Positions 28,401-38,360 of a stretch of DNA of 64,000 nucleotides are shown piece after piece (the first letter of the stretch is position 1; each line of letters begins with the position of its first letter). The DNA comes from Mobula hypostoma (lineage: Eukaryota). The DNA is taken from contig NC_086108.1 in NCBI RefSeq assembly GCF_963921235.1, forward strand, positions 17,856,001 through 17,920,000, given 5' to 3'. A model generated the notes under the pieces. The model was not told the DNA's origin. It did not search any database and worked only from the letters and a program-made list of their open reading frames with translations. The position numbers and the translations under genes are program-made.

Positions 28401-30190
28401 ACATGATTCAGAGTTGTCTGGGAGCTGTTATATCACTTTGCTATTCAGGATAAAAAAGTTGTTTTCTCAGTGCATACAGTGCTTTTTCAATAAGTAGTCT
28501 ACATTTCAATTTTACACTAAAGTACTTAAGGCAAACCTAATGGAAACACCTTAGGTTAACGTCCCACATGATTATGAGTGGTTTGAAGGTTGTTTCATGC
28601 CTCTGCTCATAAAGAGAAAAAAGTTGATTTCTCAGTGCGTACAGTGCAGTAGTATTGAAAGAAGTATACATTTCAATTTTACTCCAAGGTACTGACTGAA
28701 AACCTGATGGAAACATCTTAACATAACTCCCCACATGATTCTGAGATGTTCAGGACCTGTTACATCACTCAGCTTCTCAAGATAAAAAAGTTGATTTCTC
28801 AGTGCATACAGTGCAGTGGAATTGAAAGAAGTATACATTTCAATTTTACTCCAAGGTACTGACTGCAAAACTGATGGAAACATCTTAACATAACTCCCCA
28901 CATGATTGTGAGATGTTCAAGACCTGTTACATCACTCAGCTCCTCAAGATAAAAAAGTTGATTTCTCAGTGCATACAGTGCAGTGGAATTGAAAGAAGTA
29001 AGTGCATTGGCATTAATAGAAGTATGTATTTCAATTTTACTCAAAGGTACTGACTGCAAACCTTATGGAAACATCTTAATATAAATCCCCACATGATTCT
29101 GAGTTGTCTAGGAGCTGTTATATCACTTTGTTATTTAAGATGAAAATGTTGATTTCTCAGTGCATACTGTGCATTGGCATTGAAAGAAGTATGTATTTCA
29201 ATTTTTCTCAATACTACTGAATGCAAACCTGATGGACAAATCTTAATATTACTCCCCACATGATTCTGAGATGTTCAGGACCTGTTACATCACTCAGCTC
29301 CTCAAGATAAAAAAGTTGATTTCTCAGTGCATACAGTGCTTTGGCATTAAAAGAAGTAGGTATATCAAGTTTACTCAAAGGTACTGACTGAAAACCTTAT
29401 GGAAACATCTTAATATAACTCCCCACATGATTCTGAGTTGTCTGGGAGCTGTTATATCACTTTGCTATTCAAGATGAAAAAGTTGATTTCTCACTGCATA
29501 CAGTGCTTTGGCTTTAATAGAAGTATGTATTTCAATTTTACTCAGTAGTACTGACTGCAAACCTCATGGAAACATCTTAATATAACTCCCCACATGATTC
29601 TGAGATGTTCAGGACCTGTAACATCACTCAGCTCCTCAAGATAAAAATGTTGATTTCTCAGTGCATACAGTGCAGTGGCATTGAAAGAAGTATACATTTC
29701 AATTTTACTCAAAGGTACTGACTGCAAAGCTGATGGAAACATTTTAACATAACTCCCCACATCATTCTGAGTTGGTCAGGACCTGTTACATCACTCAGCT
29801 CCTCAAGATAAAAAAGTTGATTTCTCAGTGCATAAAGTGCATTGGCATTAAAAGAAGTATGTATTTCAATTTTACTCAAAGGTACTGACTGCAAACCTTA
29901 TGGAAACATCTTAATATAAATCCCCACATGATTTTGAGTTGTCTGGGAGCTGTTATATCACTTTGCTATTCAGGATAAAAAAGTTAATTTCTCAGTGCAT
30001 ACAGTGCATTGGCATTGAAAGAAGTATGTATTTCAATTTTACTCAACAGTACTGAATGCAAACCTCATGGAAACATCTTAATATAACTCACCACATGATT
30101 CTGAGATGTTCAGGACCTGTTACATCACTCAGCTCCTCAAGAGAAAAAAGTTGATTTCTCAGTACATACAGTGCAGTGGCATTGAAAGAA
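25437..30190. repeat. Diverged layer 2 of the same 167-bp satellite, with three monomer subtypes and a partial ~1002-bp (6-mer) higher-order period
   Basis: Same register and shared motifs (TGGAAACA, CCCACATGATTCTGAG, TTTCTCAGTGCATACA). Subtype A has CAGGACCTGTTACATCACTCAGCTCC, B has GTCTGGGAGCTGTTATATCACTTTGC, and C resembles the young monomer (~26550, ~27550, ~28551). Confidence 0.93.
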
Positions 30191-33100
30191 GTATAAGAAG
30201 CATAGATTTCAATTTTGCTCAAAAGTACTGAGCGGAAACCTCATAGAAACATCTGAACTTAACTCCCCAAGTGACTCTGAGCTGTTTGGGACCTGTTTTA
30301 TCACTGAGGTATTCAAGATAATAAAGTTGATTTCTCAGTGCATACAGTACTTTGACATTAAAAGAAGTATTCATTGCAATTTTACTCACAAGTTTTTTCT
30401 GCAAATTTTATGGAAACATCTGAACTTAACTCACCATATGATTCTGAGCTGTTTGAGACCTGTTTTATCACTGAGCTGTTCAAGATAAAAAAGTTGATTT
30501 CTCAGGGCAAACATTGCTTTGAAATTAAAAGAAGTATACATTGCAATCTTACTCACAGTTACTTGCTGCAAACCCAATGGAAACGTCTGAACTTAAACCC
30601 CTGCATGATTCTGAGTTGTTCGAGTCCTGTTTTATCACTGAGCTGTTAAACATAAAAAAAGTTGATTTCTCAGTGCATACAGTGCTTTGACATTAAAAAA
30701 AAAGTATACATTGCAATTTTACTCACTGCTACTTGCTGCAAACCTGATGGAAACATCTGAACTGAACTCCCCATATTATTCTGAATTGTTTTTGACCTGT
30801 TATATCACTGAGCTCTTCAAGACAAAAAAGTTGATTTTTCAGGCCATACAGTGCTTTGACATTAAAAGAAGTATACATTTCATCTTTACTCAAAAGTACT
30901 GACTGCAAACCTCATAGAAACATCTGAACTTAACTCCTGAAATGATTCTGAGCTTATTGAGGTCTGCTTTATCACTGAGGTATTCAAGATAAAAAAGTTG
31001 ATTTATCAGGGCAAACAGTGCTTTGGAATTAAAGGGAGTATACATTGCAATTTTACTCACAGCTACTTGCTGCAAACCCAATGGAAACATCTGAACTTAA
31101 CTCCCTGCATGATTCTGAGTTGTTCGAGTCCTGTTTTATCACTGAGCTCTTCAAGATAAAAAAATTGGTCTCTCAGTGCATACAACTGCTCTGACATTAT
31201 AAGAAGCATAGATTTCAATTTTGCTCAAAAGTACTCAGTGGAAACCTCATGGAAACATCTGAACTTAACTCCAAAAATGATTCTGAGCTGTTTGGGACCT
31301 GTTTTATCACTTAGGTATTCAAGGTAATAAAGTTGTTTTTGACCTGTTATATCACTGAGCTCTTCAAGATAGAAAAGTTGATTTCTCAGTGCATGCAGTG
31401 CTTTGACATTAAAAGAAGTATTCATTGCAATTTTACTCATAAGTTCTTTCTGCAAATCTGATGGAAACATCTGAACTTAACTCCCCATATGATTCTGAGC
31501 TGTTTAAGACCTGTTTTATCACTGAGGTCTTGAAGATAAAGAAGTTGATTTCTCAGTGCATACAGTGCTTTGACATTATAAGAAGTATAGATTTCAATTT
31601 TTCTCAAAAGTACTGAGTGCAAACCTGATGGAAAGATCTGAAGGTAACTCCCCATATGATTCTGAGTTGTTTTTGACCTGTTTTATCCTGAGCTCTTCAA
31701 GATAAAAACGTTGATCTCTCAGGGCATACAGTGCTTTGACGTTAAAAGAAGTATACATTTCAACTTTCTCAAAAGTACTGAGTGCAAACCTGATGGAAAC
31801 ATCTGAACTTTACTCCCCATATGATTCTGAGTTGTTTTTGACCTGTTTTATCACTGAGCTCTTCAAGACAAAAAAGTTTATTTTTCAGGCCATACAGTGC
31901 TTAGTCATTAAAAGAAGTATACATTTCAACTTTACTCAAAAGTACTGACTGCAAACCTCAGAGAAACATCTGAACTTAACTCCCCAAGTGACTCTGAGCT
32001 GTTTGAGGCCTGCTTTATCACTGAGGTATTCAAGATAAAAAAGTTGATTTCTCAGGGCAAACAGTGCTTTGACATTAAAAGAAGTATTCATTGCAATTTT
32101 ACTCACAAGTTTTTTCTGCAAATCTGATGGAAACATCTGAACTTAACTCCCCATATGATTCTGAGCTGTTTGAGACCTGTTTTATCACTGAGGTCTTGAA
32201 GATAAAGAAGTTGATTTCTCAGTGCATACAGTGCTTTGACATTAAAAGAAGTATACTTTTCAACTTTACTCAAAAGTACTGACTGTAAACCTCATGAAAA
32301 CATCTGAACATAACTCCCCAAATGATTCTGAGTTGTTTGAGACCTGTTTTATCACTGATTCTTCAGAATAAAAAAAGTTGATTTCTCTGTGCATACAGTG
32401 CCTTGACAATAAAAGAAGTATACACTTCAATTCTACTCAAAAGTACTAACTACAAACCTCATGGAAACATCTAAACTTAACTCCCTGCATGATTCTGATT
32501 TGTTCGAGTCCTGTTTCATCACTGAGCTGTTCAAGATAAAAAAGTTTATTTCTCAGTGCATACTCTGCTTTTACATTATAAGAAGTATAGATTTCAATTT
32601 TGCTCAACAGTACTGACTGCAAACCTCATGGAAACATCTGAACTTATCTCCCCAAATGATTCTGATTTGTTTGAGATCTGTTTTATCACTGAGCTCTTCA
32701 AGATAAGAAAGTTGATATCTCGGGGCATTCAGTGGTTTGACACTAAAAGAAGTATACATTGCAATTTTACTCACAGCTGCTTGCTGCAAACCTGATGGAA
32801 ACATTTGAACTGAACCCCCCCCCCATATAATTCTGAGTTGTTTTTGACCTGTTATATCACTGAGCTGTTCAAGATAGAAAAGTTGATTTCGCAGTGCATG
32901 CAGTGCTTTGACATTAAAAGAAGTATACATTTCAACTTTACTCAAATGTACTGACCGTAAACCTCATGGAAACATCTGAACTTATTTCCCTACATGATTC
33001 TGAGTTGTTTGAGTCCTGTTTTATCACTGAGTTCTTCAAGATAAAAAAAAGTTGGTTTCTCGGTGCATACACTGCTTTGACATTATAAGAAGTATAGATT

Positions 33101-33330
33101 TCAATTTTACTCAAAAGTACTGAGTGCAAACCTGATGGAAACATCTGAACTTAACTCCCCATGTGATTCTGAGTTGTTTTTTTTACCTGTTTTATTACCG
33201 AGCCGCTCAAGATAAAAAAGTTGATTTCTCAGTGCATACAGTATATAGTCATTATAAGAAGTATATATTTCAATTTTACTCTAAACTACTGAGTGCAATC
33301 TGATGGAAACATCGGAACTTAACTCTCCAT
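30191..33330. repeat. Diverged layer 3 of the 167-bp satellite, the outermost ~19 monomers
   Basis: Diagnostic GAAACATCTGAACTTAACTCC and CCTGTTTTATCACTGAG replace the layer-2 motifs from ~30200. The array ends mid-monomer at ~33330 against an L1 fragment. Confidence 0.92.
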
Positions 33331-33710
33331 AATTAAAATGGATATTACTAGAAGGAACAAAATTATTTAAGTCAAAAAATCTATGAATGTGAAAGCAAAT
33401 TCTTAATTTATGTTTAATAATAGGATTAATATCTTGTCTACGAATCTTAGCAAACAAAAAGAGAAGAGGAACTCCCAGTAAAGAGGCCAAAGAGAACCCC
33501 TTAACTGAGTTTTCCTCCAAATCCAACCAATGAGGACATTCATGTGTGTCTGAGTAATGAATGCAAAAAGTAATATATCGAATTTTAATTTCCCAATAAT
33601 ACATTCTAAAATTTGGCAAAGCCATACCACCACCCTTTTTTAATTTCTGTAATAAAGGTTTACTTAATCTATGATTTTTGTTATTGCAAATATAAGATAT
33701 GATTATAGAA
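33331..33710 (-). mobile_element. L1/Tx1-clade LINE ORF2 internal fragment (post-RT region)
   Basis: Translates as LQKLKKGGGMALPNFRMYYW..., homologous to LQKAKKNGGLALSNFRFYYW in the L1 at 41230-41760. Confidence 0.85.
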
Positions 33711-35596
33711 TCTTTCTTGAATAAGGGAACAACATCAGCAACCCTCCAATCCTCTGGAACCTCTCCTGTTCCTATTGATGATGCAAAGATCATGCCAGAG
33801 GCTCAGCAATCTCCTCCCTCACTTCCCACAGTAGCCTGGGGTATTTCTCGTCTGATCCCGGTGACTTATCCAACTTGAAGCTTCAGCACATCCTCTTTTT
33901 AACGTCTATATGTTCAAGCTTTTCAGTCCACTGTATGTCATCCCTACAATTGCTAAGATCCTTTTCCACAGTGAATACTGAAGCAAAGTATTCATTAAGT
34001 ATCTCTCCTATCTTCTCCAGTTCCATACACACTTTTCCACTGTCATACTTGATTGGTCCTATTTTCTTATGGCTTATCATCTTGGTCTTCACATACTTGT
34101 AGAATGCCTTGGGGCTTTCCTTAATCCTGCTCGCCAAGTCCTTCTCATGGCCTATTCTGGCTCTGCTAACTTCATGCTTAAACTCCTTCCTGCTAGCCTT
34201 CTTATTTTCTAGATCTCTATCATTACCTACTTTTTTGAACCTTTCATAAGCTTTTCTGTTCTTGACTAGTTTTTCAACAGCTTTTGTCCACCATGGTTCC
34301 TGTACCCTACCATCCTTTTCCTGTCTCATTGGAACCTACCTATGCAGAACGCCATTCATATATCCCTGAACATCTGCCAAATTCATGCTGTATATGTCCT
34401 TGGGAACATCTGCTCCCAATTTATACCTCCAAGTCCCTGCCTGATAGCTTCATATTTCCCCTTACTCCAATTAAACATTTTCTTAACTTGTCTGTGTCAT
34501 GGTCCGGTCTGTAAAGTCCACATTCCGGTTCACGGTCCGGTCCATCGACCCTTGCTCCAGGTTTTCCTGTCTACCCTGTTTCTGTTCTTGTTGAACACTA
34601 ATTGAGGCAGCTGATTCTCGTTGGGGCTGGCTGCATAAATACCTCCAGAGACCAGGGCACGGCTGCTGGATTGTTCTTGTCCTTACTCCTTGTATCCCTT
34701 CCCCGGCTTTCTGTTTCCTCACCTGAAGTTCTTGTCTCACCTTGCATTGCCTGAAGCCTTGCCTTGTCTTGCCGGTAACTCTCGCCTCGCCTGAAGTCTT
34801 GTCTTGGAGCCACCCTGTACCTAGCTCCCTTCCTGTTCCTTGCCTCTGTCAGGTAAGCCAGGCCGTCTTGCCATTACTTATGGTTGGTTCTGTCCCTTCC
34901 TGTCCCTTGCCTCCGTTGGGTAAGTCAGGCCGTATTGCCGTTACCCTGCAGTTGGTTCTGTCCCTTCCTGTCCCTTGCCTCCATCAGGTGGAGATCTGTG
35001 CCCTGCCCAGGTGATCCGCGCCCTGCCCAGGAGTACCACGCCCTGCCCAGGAGGAGTTTCAAGACCCCAAGCCTCGAGCTTCGCCCCAAGCCAAGCTTCA
35101 AGATCCCAAGCCTCAAACCTCTAGTCTCAAGCCTCGCCTCAAGTTTGAAGACTCCTGCCTCATCCTGCCTGCCAGCCAAGTCACGTCCTTGCCTAGTTCT
35201 GGTGGTCCGAGCCAGAGGCAAGACCCAGGTCTCTGGCTCAGAGTCCAAGCCCGGGCTCCTAGCTCTCTTGTCCAGTCCTGTTCTGGGTTCCCAGTTTTTC
35301 TGTCCATATCCTTGCCCTCGCCCTGTATCCTAGTCCTGCCCCTAGTACTTCAGTGTCTGTGTCTTGCACTTGGGTCCATTCCCAGCCACCCCTGTCTGAC
35401 AGTCTGCTCCTATCCCTTTCCAATGCTATGGTAAAGGAGAGGGAATTGTGATCACTATCTCCAAAATGCTCTCCCACTGAGAGACCTGACGCCTGACTAG
35501 GTTCATCTCCCAATACCAGATCAAGTACAACCTCTTCTCTTATAGGCTTAGCTACATATTGTGTCAGGAAACTTTCCTGAACACATCTAACAAATT
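33711..35596 (-). mobile_element. CR1-clade LINE fragment (endonuclease end to RT start), interrupted by a solo LTR
   Basis: Peptides GEHFGDSDHNSLSF, PKAFYKYVK...KIGPIK and GEVPEDWRVADVVPLFKK match the CR1 at 54-56 kb. The reading IALERDRSR|QVKK is continuous across the LTR insertion. Confidence 0.9.
34495..35401 (+). mobile_element. Solo LTR, 907 bp, probably Gypsy-type
   Basis: Termini TGTCA...TGACA; 5-bp TSD GTCTG at 34490-34494 and 35402-35406; TATA-like GCATAAAT near 34633; terminal TGCACTTGGGTCC motif; internal ~68-bp tandem repeats at ~34825-34990. Confidence 0.88.
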
Positions 35597-38360
35597 ACTC
35601 TGACCGTATCTCGCTCTCACTGCAACCAGCTCACTGTGGCTCTAACCCTCTCTCACTGTAAGCAAATCATTGAACAGCAACCAATTCATACTCTCTGAAC
35701 CCAACTCACTCCACTGTAAACAACACACTCTGACTTTAACCAACCCACTCTAACTCAAAACAACTTTGTGTAGCAGTTATTGTTAGAGTGAGCTCATGCA
35801 ATCAGAGCAAGTTGGTTTGTTAGAATGAGTTCATTACAACAGTGTGAGTTAGTTACAGTGAGAGGAGGCTGATTATTTTCAGCGTGAGCTGGTTATTGTC
35901 ATATGAGCGGTTTACAATCTGAGTGATTTGATTACAGTCAGAGTTAGTTGCTTGGAGTAGAATCAGTTGGTTCCAGTTAGATTGTGTTGGTTCCCTTTGG
36001 TGTGAAGTGACTGTAGTCCAGTGATGTTGCTGCATTTAGAGTGAATTGGTTAGAGAAGAGAGAGTTGGATATAGAAGAATATATTGGTTACAGTAGAATG
36101 AGCTGGTTACAGTCAGAGTGAATTGATTAGAGTTAGAATGATCTGTTTACCTTTGGAGTCAGCTACGTGAGTTGCTTACAATTAGAGTGATTTGTTTTCA
36201 GTCAGAGTGTGTTGGTTAAAATCAGATTGAGTGTTTTCTGTGGAGTGAGTTGGTTACAGTAGAGTAAGTTAGTCAGAGTCAAATTACAGTCAGACTGATT
36301 TGGTTCCAGTTAAAGTGAGTTGGATCCCATTGGAGTGAGCTGGTTAGCATGGAATGACTTGGTTAACCTCAAGTTAGACGTTTACAGTCTGAGTGAGTTG
36401 TTTAGAATAGAATTACTTGGTTCAAGTTAGTTGCTGTTAAAGTAAGTTGATACAATTAGAGCAAATTGATTTGTTAGAGTGAGTTTGTTACAACAGTGTT
36501 ACAGTGAGAGTGAGTTGATTAGTTTCAGAGTGAGTTGGATACTGTCATGTGAGCTGTTTACAGTCGAAAGAGTTGGTTACAGTAGAGTGAGTTGATCACA
36601 GGCAAATTATAGTCAGGCTGATTTGATTCTAGTTAAAGTGAGTTGGATTCTGTTACTGTGAGTTTGTTACACTGAAGTGAGTTGGTTGCCATCAGAGTCA
36701 GTGGCTAATGTTACAGTCAGTTGGATACAGTTGGAGTAAGTTTTTTTGAGTTAGAGTGGGTTGGTGAAAGTCAGAATGAGATTTTCACAGTGGAGTGAGT
36801 TAGTGTTAAGGATCTGGCCTGAACACTGGGTCGAAGGGCCTCTGCTGGTAGCTCTGGATCACGCAGTCTTTAATTTCTGTTTTCTTTCACCTGACCATGG
36901 AGGTTCTGGCCCAGCCCCTTTCCTTTTTGGACTTCCTCCAATTACCTACTTGTCTCCTCATTTGCTAATTTTCTAATTTTCACTCATTACCCTGTCCATT
37001 TAAACCCTGCCTTGACTAGCATTCTCTGCCAGTTCTGACCTGTGTCATTCTAGCCTGTCATTGCGACTCCTGCCAACCGAATTTGCCTGATTCTGTGTTT
37101 TGGATTTTGCCCGTTTGTGGACCTGATTTTTGCCTGTGCACTCTGGATTGTCTGCCCTCGCCTGACTGCCTTTCCTGGTAAGACCTCTGCCTGCCATTTC
37201 GGATTCGTGCCTGCCTTCTGTTTTTGAAAGACTGTTGCCTTTGCGCTCCCTAATAAATCCTGGTGAAAAAGTATTCAGTGGTCTGCACTTGAGTCCCATC
37301 GAAACCAGACAGTTAGTTACAATGAGTGTGAGTTAGTTACAGTGAGAGAGAGTTGATTATTTTCAGAGTGAGCTGGTTACTGTCATGTGTGCTGTTTACA
37401 GTCTGAGTGAATTGGTTCCAGTCAGAGTGAGTTTCTTAGAGTAGAATCAGTTGGTTCCAGTTAGAGTGAGTTGTTTCGAGTTGGAGCGATTTGGTTTCAG
37501 TTCAGCGAATTCATTGCAGTTAGGGTGAGTAGAGAGGATTGTTCCTGCAGACTATGTTCATTACAGTAGAATGAGTTAGTTGCAGTCAGAGTGAGCTGGG
37601 TATAGTTAGAGTGAGTTGTTTGTTTCAGAGTAAACTGAGTGAATTGCTTATAATTAAAGAGATTTGTTTTGAGTCAGAGTGTGTTGGTTAAAGTCAGAGT
37701 GAGTTGTTTACAGTGGAGTGAGTTGGTTACAGTAGAGTGAGTTGTTCACACTCAAATTAAAGTCAGACTGATTTGTTTCTAGTTAAAGTGAGTTGGATTC
37801 CATGGGTGAGTTGGTTACAGTCAAAGTCAGCTGATTATTGTCAGAGTCAGTGGCTACTGTTACAGTGAGTTGGTTACAGTTCAAGTGAGTTGTTTTGAGT
37901 CTGAGTGGTTTGGTTAAAGTCAGAGTGAGGTATTTGCAATGGAGTGAGTTGGTTACAGTGAGTGTCTGTTGGTTATTCTGCAATGATTTGCTTATAGTGA
38001 GAGGGAGATTTAGATTCGGAGTGAGTTGCTTACAGTGAGAGTGTGTTACAGTCAGAGTAATTTGTTTACATGAGACAGAGTTGGTTACAACTGAATGAGT
38101 GAGTTGCAGTCAGAGTGAGTTTTTATAGTAGTGTGTTGTTGCAATTAGAGTGAATTTACTGTCAGAGTTATTTGGTTACATTTGAGTGAGTTGTTTAGAG
38201 CTAGTGTGAGTTGTTTTGAGTCAGAGTGGGCTAGGTAAAGTCACAGTGAGTTGTTTATGGTCAGGTGAGATGGTTACAGTCAGAGTGGGATGGTAACTGA
38301 GGTGAGTGAGGTGATTCCGGTCAGTCAGTTGGTTACAGTGAGAGTGAATTATGGTCAGAA
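35597..38360. repeat. Degenerate ~20-bp minisatellite (consensus approx. TTACAGTCAGAGTGAGTTGG) with larger repeated blocks; first ~170 bp inverted
   Basis: Recurring GAGTGAGTTGGTTACAGT motifs. Block 35851-35980 resembles 37331-37465 and partly 36497-36570. C-rich orientation at 35597-35765. Confidence 0.85.
36804..37311 (+). mobile_element. Solo LTR, 508 bp, probably Gypsy-type, inserted in the minisatellite
   Basis: TGT...ACA termini; 5-bp TSD GTTAG at 36799-36803 and 37312-37316; TTTAAA TATA-like box near 37000; AATAAA at 37252; terminal TCTGCACTTGAGTCC motif like the first LTR. Confidence 0.87.

Noticed and set aside
1418..33144. Many similar 60-113 aa ORFs (e.g. ...YALRNQLFYLEELSDVTG...) resembling a tandem gene family
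   Set aside because: They are translations of satellite monomers. The 167-bp unit is not a multiple of 3, stops and frames vary at random, and there is no gene structure.
1..33330. CRISPR-like or other repeat-spacer array
   Set aside because: Head-to-tail repeats with no unique spacers, no cas genes, and a vertebrate context.
33281..33793. 170-aa ORF fusing CR1, L1 and satellite sequence
   Set aside because: Chance in-frame read-through across fragment junctions; no promoter or splice evidence.
34483..35513. Cluster of overlapping ORFs on both strands
   Set aside because: They lie in a GC-richer, internally repetitive solo LTR and show no recognisable domains.
35597..38360. Interstitial telomere
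   Set aside because: The unit is ~20 bp and TTAGGG appears only sporadically; no tandem hexamers.
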